The translations under genes and the position numbers were made by a program. 64,000 bases of DNA from Euprymna scolopes (taxonomy: Eukaryota): assembly GCA_053919585.1 (NCBI GenBank), contig CM132794.1. One strand, 5' to 3'. This document shows positions 28,674 through 42,084 of this stretch, in pieces. The notes under the pieces are model-generated. The model was not told the DNA's origin. It saw nothing but the letters and a program-made list of their open reading frames with translations, and did not search any database. Positions within the stretch are counted from its first letter, which is position 1. Each line of letters starts with the position of its first letter.

Positions 28674-29419
28674 TAAAATATTAATTTAAAACCATACAAT
28701 TATGTCGGTAATATAATTTTTCACAATTATTTTTTTGGGGGTCCCAAAGAAAAATACCTACAGTTGAATAATAATAATAATAGATTCTTATTATAATATT
28801 CCTCCCCCCGCTTTTTTTTTCTTCTTTTCTTCTCTTCTGACTTTCCACTCGTATGTTTCATTCTATTAAAGTAAAACATAGTTGTTCCTCATAAAATTAT
28901 TTGCAGGACACTTTAAAAAAATATTTATAACACGATTGACTTTAGATTGTTTTTCTTGTTGGCAAGGAATTAATCCTTCTCCCATCATCTTACCGTTTTT
29001 GTCCTTTATCAACGCTTACAACTCACCATTGTTGCCCTCCTACGAAGGCAGCAACAGGATACTTGATATTGTCCTCCTTTTAAAGGTTTATGTCGACGTT
29101 TGTTTAAACAACTGAAAATTTCTGCAGCAAGAAAGCAATTTAGTTTCTCTTCCCCACCCATTCTATCTAGTTAGCCAATGAATCAACCACCTAGTGTTAT
29201 TAGTGGTTGTTACTGGTGGACAGTGATGACCAATTTCAAAGTATTTGATTAATTATTATTTAAAATTTCAATGTTTTTCTTTTCAAAACAGTTTCCTGAA
29301 ATAACATTTAAAAGGCAAAAATTGTGTTGAAATGTTTTCTCATTCAAATCTGAAAGACTGACAAAATGATTTATTTTATTAGTTCTAGCTAAATTAGAAT
29401 GCATACAACTTTCATAATG

Positions 29420-29700
29420 CACCCTCTCCTATGTATTTTGCTTGCCCCAGCAAATAAAGATCTCGCCTTCCCCACTTATTTTGCCTATCTCAGTTAAATA
29501 AGAATTTCTAAGCTATTTTATCTGTCCTGAGTAAATAAAAACCCCATCCCACCTAAATTATTTTGTCTGTGCTTTACCTCCTCCCCCACCTTCCCCCCGG
29601 ATAAATAAAGATCCTACCCTACCAGAGTTATTTTCCTGTCCCAAGTAAATAAGTACTCCCTTCTCAAGTTATTCGTCTGGCCTTGATAAGTAAGGACCTT
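29420..29700. repeat. Degenerate ~45-60-bp tandem repeat
   Basis: Five to six recurrences of ttattttg.ct.t.cc.agtaaataaag...cc. Confidence 0.55.
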
Positions 29701-30861
29701 AATTGTTCATGAAGTTGTTATAAAAAAAGAAAATGGGGAAGAAATATTGACAGAACAATAATTCATCTGTTTTATTTTTTCACAATTATTAGTTGAAAAA
29801 CACTTAATATTAACTCGTTTATATTTTCGATCTGTGGTACTTAAACTTAATCAGTATTAATACTATGAAACATTTAATGACACTACCTGGTGTTACATAA
29901 ATGCAGAAATGTGTTTGTTAAAATTGACAAATAGTAAAAAAAAAAATATTTAACAAAAAAAAGAAAGAAATCTATAGCATTATATCCCTATGATTTGTTA
30001 TTTAAAGTTAAATTGTGTTAAGTCAATTGAAGGATTGGACAGGTATAAGTGAAATTATTACTGATAAAAATAATAGGAAATATGAGACTAGACTAAAGTT
30101 GAAATACACAGAAGAAACCAAGTAAATAATAAGTAAAATAGAATAGTTAATTGTCTAGCATTTGTTTGCTTATTATTTGAAGTGAAATAAGTTTTAGCAT
30201 CATGTTTGAATGCAGCGAGCAGATTTTCGACGCCATTTTTATTTCCCAGATTAAAAAAAAAAAATGGATCTATTTCATTGGATAATCATATTTGTTTATG
30301 ATCTAATTAAAATGAACAGTGAATCTCTCAGTGTCTTACTGAAAGAATTATTAGGTTAGATAAAATATATAATCAATGAAATTGGTTGAAATTTTTTATG
30401 TATTGAACACGGATTGAAAATTTCCAGGTTTGTTAGAATCAAATATCGATATGTTAGATAAAATTTTATAGCATTCTAAATTTGAGAATCTGACCGACTT
30501 TTCTTAATGTATTAGGGAAGATTTCTCATATCACAAATGAAGAATATCATAATTTAGATTTTGTTTAAAGTGAAAGCAAGAATATTATGTTTTTATATTC
30601 ACCTTTATTCCTCTGTGTATCTAAAATTAAATGGAACTTCCATGAACAGAGTTTCTTTTAAAAATCTTCCCACCTGTGGAATACATTACCTTAGAAATGT
30701 TTCCCTACATACTACCGCATAATTGTTTTAAAGGCAAATGTCAAATATCTGAGTCATCCTGTGAATTAATCACACATCCATAAGCCAGCTAAAATCGTAC
30801 TAATCTTTATCCTCTAGTGGATTTTAGCCTTGGTAGTGGTAGTCCATTAGTACATAAAAAA

Positions 30862-31185
30862 TGCTTTTTGGTCCCATTCATCCGTTTATTTTTTCACACT
30901 TTTATCCATAACCACACCTTGGATTTTATTGAAATTCTGCACGAACATTAGTCCTGGTGAAAGTAAATTTTTGCCAGAACGGATTTTCCAAGATAACTCT
31001 GGTTGCCCCTCACCCCATAGGGGGGCCATTATAGGGGTAAAATTGCCCCCAAATTGTTCATAATTTCATTTGTTTGCACTTTTCTCAATAACCACTCTTT
31101 TGATTGGGGAGGGGGGGCACAAACATTAGTCCTGGGGAAGTAAATTTTGCACTCGTGGAGGAGTACCCTGCATGCTCGGCTTGTT
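30862..31185 (+). mobile_element. Helentron/DINE-like non-autonomous element
   Basis: T-rich start, ccataacc...gattttattgaaatt core, internal duplication aacattagtcctgg.ga(a)agtaaattt, 3' end GCTCGGCTTGTT. Confidence 0.4.
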
Positions 31186-31421
31186 CATCATTTATTAAGA
31201 CTTCTTATTTTCAACACTTCATTTTTGTTTCAGATATGAAAAGGCTATAATCACAAAATGAAAACAAACACAATTTTGTCCAAACGTGCCAGAGTTTCCG
31301 AAAAGAAATTTCAGAAATTGATTTACCGAAAAGTGAGAAATCTGTCTTTTTTATTACAAAGCATTATCACTAGTCAAAGGGTATGAGCCATCTGTATTGC
31401 ACATTATCAACTAATTATCCA

Positions 31422-31785
31422 CTAGCCCATGGCGCAGTGGCTAAAGACATCGAATCTCTACAGTTCCAGGTATACACAATCTTTAAAAAGTATTTTCAAA
31501 TTACTTATTCTTAACATAAGTAATCTGTAATGTGAATTATTCACGCATGCACATTCATGAAACGGTAAACAGATCAAAATCTGATGACTCCCACACCAAA
31601 ATATTTCAATTTTGACCCCTTAACGGCCCTTCTTCTTTTTTTTTCTGGATGAAAATGGTTTTTAAATTTTTCCACATGTCTGAATATCCTATATACCAAA
31701 TTTCAAGTCTGTAGATCAAAAATTTGTTGAGTATATAGGTTGAGAAGTGTCCTCACACACATTCTCATTTTTATAGATATATAGA
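31422..31785 (-). mobile_element. Non-autonomous Helitron-like element
   Basis: Minus-strand 5' TCTATATCTATAAAAATGAG at 31785; CTAG|T 3' end at 31421-31425. Confidence 0.6.
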
Positions 31786-32156
31786 TGAAAAATAAAGCTG
31801 TTAGAATTCATACAATACAAATATATGTATTTTTTTTTTTAATTTTAAGTTTAAATTTTACTGCAGTGGCTGCCTTCATCAGAGAAAATCAGTGTATTTT
31901 TAATTTCCTTTCTTTTTTTTTTTTCTTTCTGAATGTCATTAAATCTGTGAGAATTCTCAAGAGAATTCTTAGTAAAGAACAAGTTGTGTTAGTAAATTGA
32001 TGATTCATTTAAAAGCACTGTTGAAATTTGAAATATTAAAAATAAAGCTCTTACATGTATCATTATAATGAAGATCATGTGCTTAATAAAAACTAGCATT
32101 GCTTGTCGTAAATGTCCAGAGTTTTTTGGGGGTTTTTTTTAAACTCTTATTTTAAA

Positions 32157-32619
32157 CTAGCCTGGGTGCCCGGCATTGCCCAGGTGTTTGGAGGTGTGTT
32201 AAGCAAAAAAAAATAATAATAAAGTGATAGTAGGCAGGCAGGCAGGCTTGAACCATACCATGAAGGAGGAAAAGAATGTGAAAAAATAAAAATGTGATGT
32301 CTTTGCTGTTACGCCCATCGCCAAACCGGAAGTGACATCGGTTTAAATATAGGCTAGTCAATTGAAAAAAGGGAATGACTTTCGAAAATATCGGCGAAAA
32401 AAAACAACCCCTCCCTCCCTGTAGAAAAGTGCTCAGTTGAGGGTGAAGGAATTAATGTTTTTAGCCAATTTTTTATATTTGTCGTCTGAAGGGTCGAGCT
32501 TTAAAACAATACCAATCTCATGAAAATCCGTCGCCTCTATCGAAAGTTTTAGGCAGACATACATACATACATACATACATACATACATTTAAACAGACAG
32601 GTGAGATTTATATAATAGA
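32157..32619 (-). mobile_element. Non-autonomous Helitron-like element (family B-related)
   Basis: 5' TCTATTATATAAA plus (ATGT)n; 3' hairpin cctgggcaatgccggg and CTAG|T. Confidence 0.72.
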
Positions 32620-33279
32620 CTAGTGGGGGGTGCCCGGATGTTTATAAGTGTTTGAAAAAAATAAAAGTGGTGGTAGGCAGGCAAGCAAGCTCGAAGTCGA
32701 AGTCTTGACGTGAAGGTGGAAAAGAAAATGATAGAAAAGTTGAAATCTTACTGCTGCTCTAAGACGCGACAGGAGGTAAAAAGCATTCAAATTTAGTGAT
32801 CAAAAAGTTGAAATGCAGAAAGTGAAAGTTAAGTGAATGAGTTCACATAGTTTGGCTGCAAGCCAGTTAAGCTCTCAGCTTTCTACCAGCCGTATTTGTT
32901 TCCCCACGATGTTGGGAAAACCAACTCCTCACAAAAAGGGAGTGTCCAAATGAATAGCAATTGTCTGATATGAGGGGTTTACCCCACAGTGATCAAAACT
33001 GCTTTCTGGACGTCCCTGGCATGAAAGCCGGGAAGTTGCATTCGCTTTTGATTAGTTTCGCTTTTATACGAAAAAGCCGAACAAACACACGACAGGGCGG
33101 AATAGCATGAATTTTGTAAAAGTCGCTCAAATAAAAATAGACGATCTCTGTTCACGAATCGTAGATATTACAATCTAGGGAGTATAAAAAAGTTCCCGAA
33201 AATAGTAACCCCCCACAAAAAAAGTCTTTGCTGGACATACAGAAACGCATGCAGCCGTTTTGCTTTTTATATATATAGA
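32620..33279 (-). mobile_element. Non-autonomous Helitron-like element abutting the previous one head-to-tail
   Basis: A|TCTATATATATAAAAAG start at 33279; its CTAG end (32620-32623) is directly followed by the TC of the neighbouring element; the 3' ~120 bp resembles 32157-32290. Confidence 0.72.
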
Positions 33280-33680
33280 TGATTTTATTTGTAAATTCAA
33301 ATCAAGAAATGTCTCATATATAGGTTGACTCAAAAAAAGGGGGTTCCATATGGAATCATTAATAAAATCTACAATCATTTCTGCAATATAGTAGAACTCT
33401 GGGATAATCCATTCCAGGGTTGGGATCGTAAGATGAAATCACCAGATGGCAAAGCCTAAGCAAAATTTATACAGTACATATTAAAACTTGGTAACCAAAT
33501 ACAGTACAGTATATAATACACATGTATATAATACACATGTATATAATCAAATAACATAAATAACACCATAAGGCAGGGCAAATACTGTTACCACAAGTAA
33601 AATTCATCCCATACCTGAGTTTTCAAAGTTTGTCAAATGTTATTTTTCTTTTGTTGCCATTTAAGGATAAGTTCTATATA

Positions 33681-34977
33681 CGAGGGGCCTTCAATAAGTT
33701 TCCAGACTTTTGTATGCGCACTTTTATTAATAGTACAGACATAAAACTTTAGTCCCTTTTGAAGTAATCTTCTCCGGCTGCAATGCACTTGTTGTACCAT
33801 TCCAACAACTTCTGGAAGGCCCCATGGAAGTCCTCTTGTGTAAGCATGTCAATGATCCTCATCACAGCCTCTTTCATTTCAATTGTCTCATAACGACAGC
33901 TTCTAAGGTTTTCCTTGGACTTAGTAAATAAAGAGTCACAGGGAGCAAAGTCTGAACTATAGGGAGGGTGAGGAACTGTCTTGATGCCCATCTTGGTTAA
34001 ATAGTCTGTGACAAGGATGGAGTTGTGGACTCGTGCAAATGTCACTGGCCTGATTTAAAGAGTGTGAGCCTCTTCCAGCGGAATCTCTTCCTGAACTCCC
34101 TTAAAATCTCAACATAGTATTCTTTGTTGACTGTCTCTCCAGTGGGAAGCCAGTGCATGTAGATTATGCCCGTGCTGTCAAAAAAGGGGAATCATCATAA
34201 GTTTCTGGATGGATTTAGTCTGTTTGGCCTTCTTGAGTCTGGGAAAGCCAGCATGCTTCCACTGGGAACTCTGTCTCTCTGTCTCTGAGTCATAGCAGTA
34301 GATCCAGATTTCATCACAGGTCACCAGAGCATCAAGAACTGCAGTATCTAAATTCATCAGCTCGACCATCTCTTTGCTGTTATGACATCTTTCTTTCTGA
34401 TCTTCTCTGTGCACCCTCAGGAAAACATTGCATAAATCTTCCGCATCTGTAGTTCCTCACGAATAATTGTATATACAGTTCCCACACTGACATCAAACTG
34501 TGCACTTATTGTCTCTATAGACACATGAGTCCTTATCCATGAAAATAAATTTGGCCAATCAACTCTGGTGTTTTGACTTCCTGACTCCTCCCACACCTCA
34601 TCATCCCTCACAGACTCCCTGCCTTCCTTGAATATCTTATGCCACTCAAAAACTGATACTTGATTCATGCAAAGATGGTCCAAAAGCAGTCTGAAGAATT
34701 CCATACGTTTCTGTGGCATTTTTTCCAAGTTTAAAACAGATTTTTATTGCATATCGTTCTTCTAAAGTGTCCCCACGTCCAGGTTGCATTTTTTAAATTT
34801 ACTAGCTGTAACAATCGGGCTTTAGTAAGGTATATTTCAATTCCTGCTGTAGCCGTTTAATTGAACTGAAATCATAAAATCAGTCATCTCATAAAATGTA
34901 TAGAAATAACATACTGAGTTTTCAAGAGTCTACAACACTGTACAAAAAAAGTCTGGAAACTTCTTGAAGGCACCTCA
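33681..34977 (-). mobile_element. Full-length mariner transposon, 1297 bp, decayed transposase
   Basis: TA flanks; ~30-bp TIR CGAGGGGCCTTCAATAAGTTTCCAGACTTT; motifs VTCDEIWIYCYD and HPPYSSDFAPCD; several frameshifts. Confidence 0.92.
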
Positions 34978-35629
34978 TATTTACTTTTATATTGCAAACA
35001 CACCTGGATACAACATGTAAAATTGTCAATAATTCTCACACATAACATTCTTAACATTGAATGAATGGCTTTTTGCTCTTATCGTTCACATTTAAGATTA
35101 TTAATTTGTGAAACAACTTGTACATAATTTTTTTATGTGTCTGGATATCGACAGTGTCGAAATTTTATCTTGAAGTGAGCTTGCAGTCACCATTTATTTG
35201 TTTTTTTCCTTCATATAGAGATGTAAATATTTGTGTTGATAAAAAAATTATTTTTAATCGATTTCATAGATTTTTTTTTTTTCAGTATTTTTCATTGTCA
35301 AGAAGGAGTTTTCACTCCCTAATTCAGATTTACTTCTACTCTACTCATGAAAGATTAATAGGACAAATCTTTAAAGATTCACCAATGAAGTTATAGAGTG
35401 CATGCAGTACCTGCAAACCCAGTACTTTTTATAACTATGACAAGTTTAACTTTATAAGGTGGTCCCCAACAAAGGCTGGCCAAAAAATGCCATTGTTCAT
35501 AATTCTATCTGCAATCCAATTATATATTATACAAATAAACTCCACTGTAAGCATGACTTGTCCACCAATTTTCCATCATGAAATGTCCAACGGTCTTTGT
35601 TTTATCAACGTTCATTGGCATGCTCCTAT

Positions 35630-35986
35630 TGTTATATACTGGTGGTATTAAGATGACGTATATTCTGTATTGTTGTTGTTTGTTGAGGGAGAGTCTTAGT
35701 GAGATAGGGTATACACTTCTATAGGAGCACTAGCCTGTAATTCACTAGAAGATTTTTGAATATCTTGATAGATAGACCGAGAGTGCGTTTGGCATTTACG
35801 TGTTGACAGTTATAGATATGTTTGTTGTAAATCGTCTAGTGATTAGAATGACAGTTGATTTCATTTATCAATGAATAACGAGACACTTTGCTATAAAACA
35901 GACTTGGTTTATTTAGTAAACATTCATATATACACAATACGGTGGTGGAGGTGGTGGTGGGAGAGGTGTGGGTTGCTAACGTGACA
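35630..35986 (-). mobile_element. 3' LTR of the Ty3/gypsy element
   Basis: Minus strand TGTCACG...TATAACA, preceded by a purine-rich tract (GGAGAGATGGAGAAAGAGACAGACGACGAGGAACTGCC); AATAAA near 35910. Confidence 0.65.
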
Positions 35987-38900
35987 GGCAGTTCCTCGTC
36001 GTCTGTCTCTTTCTCCATCTCTCCTTGTTTTGTTTACCATCTCACTTTTATGGGCTTCCTCGACCTGGTAACCCATAAACCAATTGACGTCATTGATCCA
36101 TATTTTGACCAGCCTGGCGTTTGCTTTTGGTCTTACCTACGACCGAATTACATCATCTCCAGGTCATCCCATTCCCGGGTTCCATTTTTGTTGGCCCGGA
36201 TTTTGAGTTCGTTCACACCTTGCTTCACCATAACATTCCTCCCATACCACCAAAAAAATATTTTATATATACATATAATAAATTTTTTTTTTTTAATTCT
36301 AGATTTCATGCATATTTCTCTTTTTTTCAGATTTATTTATTATTATTATTCTTTTTTCAACGACGTCTTTTTCTGTTCCACAATAAATCATTTTAACTTT
36401 TTTTTTTCTTGTCCACTACCGTTAATGCATTTTAGTTATTTATTTTTCTATATATTTTAACATTATTAAGACAAATCCATTATCATACACACACACACAT
36501 TTTTTTTTTCATTTCTTTTTCTCGGGGTCTCTCTCAATGTATGTTTTTGTTTCATTTCAAATAACAAAGGTGGTATTTTCACCCCAATTTTAAAAATTGA
36601 CATTGAGGCAGTCGACATCCGATAAACAATGCTTGCTTCTGCTCAAGTTACTTAATTTTTAACATTACATTCCAATTATTTTTTGGAAATGAGAAGCAGC
36701 TCTATCTTTTCCTAAGACGTCAGTTGCTTGAACCATGGAGATAAGGGGTCTTTTATTTTTTCTCTTATTGAATAGGACGGTGTTCACAGTTTACTTAATT
36801 TACCTAAATACAGAGTATTTTTCTAACCCATCCTAAACAATTCCCTCTCTCCTGTTCTTCCTCCCCGCTACCAAACCTCGTACTAACTCTATTTACGAGA
36901 AGTTGGTCCCTATTTCTACTCTCGTGCACTGCATGCGACGTATACGGACAGCTGATTTCGTCTATATTGGTTTCACGTCCCGCCGCCAAGCTCCGTGTCA
37001 CGATTTTTTGTTTCATTAACGGTACGTCAGATTCCACATCCGACCCCTCCCATGATGATGAATCTTCTGCATTGCATAATCAGCTTCGTCTGTGGCTGAT
37101 TCGCTGTCTGAATCACTAGATTCCTTTGGAACAGACAATGCAGCTTTTCTTAACGGCCTCTCTGTAGTGGGAATCTCCCACTCCTCGATAGACGCTGCCC
37201 AGAGATGTTCTGCATGCGCCTTCGTTACAGATCCCGTTAATTGATCCTTAATTCTATATGAAACCGGCCCAGTCTTTTCTATCACTACGTAGTACGGTTT
37301 CCATCGTACATCTAGTTTTCCTCGCTTTTGGTGGTTTTTATAATACACCAAATCACCAACCTTAAATTCGACGGCTTTTGTTTTCTTCTTAGATCTGTCA
37401 TTTTTTTTTTTCTAGCATTCCTTACATTACTCCTTACTAAAGTGAAGGTTCGATGCATTTCCTGTAGAGCAATTTCATGATTTTCATCCCCATAGTATAC
37501 TCTACGGGGTCTTAGAATATTGTCCAACGGCAGAACATCTCTATTGTAGAGTAAAATATAGGGTGAAAATTTCGACGTTTTGCTTACATGGAACCTGACA
37601 GCCACTAACATCTGATTCATGTATATGTTGCATGACTGTTCATTGTCCCCTATGTTCTTCGCTAGGACATCATGCATCGTTCTATGGAACCTTTCAAGTT
37701 TGCCGTTACTCTGGGAGTGATAGAACGATGTGGTCACATGATGCACGTTGAGGTCCTCTAATACCTTTTTCATTATTTTGTTTATGTTCTCAGGCCCATT
37801 ATCCGTTAAAAGCTGCAGTGATGCCCCGAATCTGGGAAAAATCTCGTCCATCAACAGATGCACCACTGTTTCGGCTTTCTTATTCGGATCCGCAAAAGCC
37901 TCCGGCCAACCACTGTACATATCTATAAAAGTCACTATGTATTGGTTGCCTGATAAAGTTTTTGGGTAAGGCCCGGAAACATCTAACTGCTGCATTTGAG
38001 GTTGCTGTTTCATCAAATTTCTGGTTTGGCACAAAATACATTTACCTATGTATTAGTTTATTTGTTTAAATAAACCAGGCCAGAAATATATTTGCTTAAT
38101 AGCGTGAAACGTTTATTCCACGCCCATGTGACCATTATTATCGTGATATTGAACTAACACCCCTTCTCTTAGATGCGACGGAATATATAGCCTAATTATC
38201 GGTTCGTCATCGGGTTGCGACAAGTAATATACTATATCGTCCATTATGTACTTTTTCCGTTCCATCTTGGACGCTTTACCATTTTTCATTCGCATCTGTA
38301 AATCTACAATCTCCCTATCTACTTCCTGTTCCTTACATGCATCTAAACCTGATAATGTAGGACGCTTGTATCCTATCGATGAGTCTTCAGCATCCTTATG
38401 TGATGCAAAATCTTTTTGCTCAAAATGATTTGAGTTTATTGCACTCACCATGTAATTCCTACTGTCTATTTCTACAGGGGGATCATCAGTGTCCTGGTTC
38501 GAATCTACAGCACGTGACAAGAGATCTGCACAGACGTTATCTTTCCCCTTCAGGTACCGTATGGTGCAATTATAGCCAGCCATACTTAAATCCCACGTCT
38601 GTATCTTCCTATTTTGTATTGGTGAGTTTAGTAAATACTCCAATGGTCTATGGTCTGTATAGATGGTGAACGTTGCACTATGCAAATAGTGATTTAATTT
38701 ATTCAGGGCATAGTATATCGCATATGCCTCTTTCTTTATCGTTGACCATCTGGTTTGAGTATTACTCAACTTGTGGGATAAGAAGTAAATAGGTTTTTCT
38801 ACCTCTTTATCCTCCTTTGGTCATAGACCATTTGTGATAAACATGCCCCAATCGAATGATCAGAGACATCTGTATACAGTTGGTAGTCCTTCTCCGGATC

Positions 38901-39405
38901 GGGATAAGCCAGTGTTACCATATCTGCAAGCTTCGTTTTTAGTCTATCAAAGGCAGACTGACATGCATCGTCCCAATAAAATCGTGCATGCTTCCTCGTT
39001 AATCGGATTAATGGCTCGGCAATATCGGAAAAATTTATTATAAATCGCCGATAGTACGATGTCATACCAATGAAAGCTCTTACTTGCTTTACAGTGGTTG
39101 GAGTCAAAATCATTTTTATAGACTTGACTTTATCCATGTCTGGCTGTATACCACTCTCACTAATTTGGAACCCCAGATACTGTATTTCTTTATTAAAAAA
39201 ACTCGCACTTCGTTGCTTTTAACTTAAGATTGTGCTTGCGCAAACTACCTAAGACCTTATCTATGTGTTTTATATGGTCTTCCTTTGTATTGGAGAATAT
39301 TAAAATATCATCCAAATACGGTACAGCGAATTCTTCCTGTCCTTGTAAAACTATGGACATTAATTCCTGGAAAACCCTGGGGGCATTCGCAAGTCCGAAC
39401 CATAA
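35630..39405 (-). mobile_element. 5'-truncated Ty3/gypsy LTR retrotransposon (RT-RNaseH-integrase), pseudogenised
   Basis: FGLANAP...YLDDILIFS; YTDVSD and YTDHRPL (RNase H); HDNNGHMG zinc finger; DNGPEN and SNGKLERFHRT (integrase); gypsy domain order; stops and frameshifts; gag, protease and 5' LTR absent. Confidence 0.93.
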
Positions 39406-40500
39406 CACTATATGCTCTAAACTTCTAGCATATCTATGTACGAAATTGTCAATAATTCTGACACAACTTTCTTGACACTGAATAAATGGCTCAGTTGCTC
39501 GTTTAAATTCTTATATGGAGCCTGAATTTGTAAACCAACTTGTACATTTTTTGTCTTTTGTGAGTTCTTTTGTCTGGATATTGATGACATAGAAATATAA
39601 CTTGCATGTCCCTATTTTTGCCCATCTCAGCAAAATACCTCTGGTATCCTTATTTTATAAATCCCATTAAAATGAAAATATTCTTTTCAGAGAAAATAAA
39701 CACATTTGCATATTTTGGTGAGGCTGGCAAAATAAACACCAACAAAATAACTCCAGTGTCCTTATTTTTCTGAGAAGATTTTTTTTCCTTATTTATATAA
39801 GTATTTATTTTACAAAAAGCCTCAATTATGATTGATTTTTCTTTTTCTTTACATGTCTTTGAAACTTGTGATCATACAACAGCTTCCTATGTTTTTTACA
39901 CCATCTTTTGAATTATTTTTGTATTCTGCAAGATCTTTCAAGCTATACTGGTTGTGCAGCAAGAGTAGACATAACCGTGTTGCATCGTCTATCCCTTCTT
40001 ATTCACAGATGGTCAGATCAGTTTTGTAATCCCATTGGTCATAACAACTTGATTGCTCCATTTCTTTTCTCAGTGAATTTTCCACTGGAGCCAGACACAC
40101 TCTCAACTGCCCAAGAACATGACTAAGGTGATCAAAAGTTACTGTCAACAGATTGATTGATGGGAATGGCTTTTGAAATTTCACTGAAGCTAAAGTGTTT
40201 CTTCTGTTCTCTCTGACAGATCTTTTCCGCATCACCTACTTTTCATCTTGACTGCTTCTATTGAGAAAATATCTTTTGAAGATGAATCTAGACGAAGTGT
40301 TCACTTTGATTGTAGGCATAAAAATTTCTGAATTATTCATCACATTTTTTTTTTTTATTGTAAGTATAATCATATGTGGGGTAGAAGTCCTGATCATCGG
40401 CTTCTATGAAGTGGGGGTGCAGATTGGCAGGGGGGGTATTTTGAGTTTAAGTGACCTTAAATGATAATTTCTGTTTTGTCATGAGTCAACTACTTTTATT

Positions 40501-40630
40501 CTCATATCTTGGCCTTTTGGCTAGGTGCAAAGTGTAATATCTGTTCTGACACTATACTTCATCTTCTCTATTCTAGATCAATGAAATAGAAATTCTGCTA
40601 AACTGAGATAATGAAAATATTTGTGCCCTC

Positions 40631-40661
<31 letters not shown>

Positions 40662-40727
40662 GCTGGATTTTCTCACATTAAAAAAAGCTGACCTTGTGTC
40701 TAACTCTGCCCTTGTGGAGAGATAAGT
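40501..40727 (+). mobile_element. U2 snRNA-headed SINE-like element, copy 1
   Basis: 40501-40547 matches U2 nt 1-46 (GGCCTTTTGGCTA..AAGTGTA.TATCTGTTCT), followed by antisense arm GACACTATACTT and a non-U2 body ending agctggattttc...gaccttgtgtctaactctgccc, shared with 55787 and 57967. Confidence 0.8.
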
Positions 40728-40989
40728 TTTTTTCTCAACAATAGATAATTGACACTGTACTTATTCAGATTCTGACTCCACATCTTCTGGCATCGTTATA
40801 GAAGGCAGCCGGAAAATGCCAATATGATTAGCTAATCAGCAAGCAACTATTAGCAGACGAAAAATTTCAATGAATTCATCTTATACATATAGTTTAAATT
40901 TCATAAAAATTGGATATACGTTTTTGAAGTTTTCGGGAGGTACTGTCTTCATAGATCACTTAGAAATGGCGGCATATAGATGTTTGGTA

Positions 40990-41320
40990 CAAAGTGTATA
41001 ATGTAGAGCTTCAGGACCATTTCCATTGTCTTCCCTGAAGAATTTTATGCATGTATTGATGAAATTTATATCATATTTGAAGTTTTAAAATAGGTTCAGC
41101 CCCCATGGCTTTCATAGGATGGTTCAAGGTTTAGGACCACTTCCTTTGTCTTTCCTAGAAAATTTTATACAGATGATATAAAATTTATAAAAATAGGATA
41201 TATCTGAAGGTTTAAGAGGACCATACCTTTATAGCCTCTTTAGGATGCAATTAGAGATTCAGGAAGATTTTCATTATCTTCCCTGATAAATTTTGCATAC
41301 AATACACTTTTAGATTTTAT
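40990..41320. repeat. Three diverged ~125-bp tandem units
   Basis: Recurring aggacca.ttcc.ttgtctt.cct..a.aattttat at about 41012, 41133 and 41260. Confidence 0.55.
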
Positions 41321-41861
41321 GTAGATTCTCTAACCCTTCTTTCTGTATGCAACACACAGACATCACACACACACACACATTGAATTTTGTAAAGTGTCGT
41401 TTTGTCTTTGGTAATTGTTGTATGATTAGAGAGAGGTTGGTGAATTCTTGCGAGTGACCTCATGAGGAGATTAATAAAGGAAATGGTCAGTGAGCGTCTG
41501 AGATAGACGTATATCAACTCCACAACCTATCATATAGAAGGAGCAGCAAACTAGTTAACCTCGACACAAGTAATGGCAAGTGACCCAATGTCTTTGTTTA
41601 CTTTTGTGTCCTCATCAGTACCAAAATCAACAATTAACGCTGGACGTGTACTAGTATCAGCAAAGGACAGGGGGATCAAGATATAATGGTCTTCTTGACA
41701 AATTTGTACTCCAAATAATTGCTGTGAAGCAATTGGTTCAACCATAAGGGACTTGCTCAACTGCCGTGGTTTATAAATGATGCACCACACCGAGGATCAT
41801 CATGATAGTATGGCAGCAAAGTCATTTTTATTTTTCTGATTGGAATTCATTGAGATGAGTA

Positions 41862-42070
41862 TCATTTATTAATTTTATTGCAGACTGTTATCCTCATCTT
41901 TTGATGAAAGGCAGTAATTGCTGAGAATGCAGTTAGGAGATTTGGAGTTCCTATCCCGTCGTGGTTACCACCTGATGAAGGCCAGAGGAATAGTTGGCTG
42001 AAACGTTGTGAATCAACAACTAAAAATAAGAAAAAAATGAGGATGATGGTCCGCAATAAAATAAATTAAA
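41862..42070 (+). mobile_element. Penelope-type terminal fragment with inverted 5' tail copy
   Basis: 41865-41900 is the reverse complement of about 42037-42068 (atgaggat...gtc.gcaataaaat); contains the best-preserved hammerhead motif. Confidence 0.7.
41969..42010 (+). ncRNA. Minimal type I hammerhead ribozyme motif
   Basis: CAC-CTGATGA-A-GGCCA(loop)TGGCT-GAAAC-GTT-GTG: conserved CUGANGA and GAAA boxes, 5-bp stem II, stem I CAC/GTG, palindromic AACGTT in place of helix III. Confidence 0.72.
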
Positions 42071-42084
42071 GTTATTTTTTTTTT

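Noticed and set aside
31425-31445. tRNA A-box-like TGGCGCAGTGG as a SINE head
   Set aside because: No B-box follows; it coincides with the 3' terminal region of a minus-strand Helitron-like element.
39410-40370. Continuation of the gypsy gag/protease
   Set aside because: No gag or protease motifs; it looks like unrelated decayed sequence beyond the truncation point.
40501-40547. Functional U2 snRNA gene
   Set aside because: Homology stops at nt ~46; no Sm site or 3' stems; substitutions in conserved positions.
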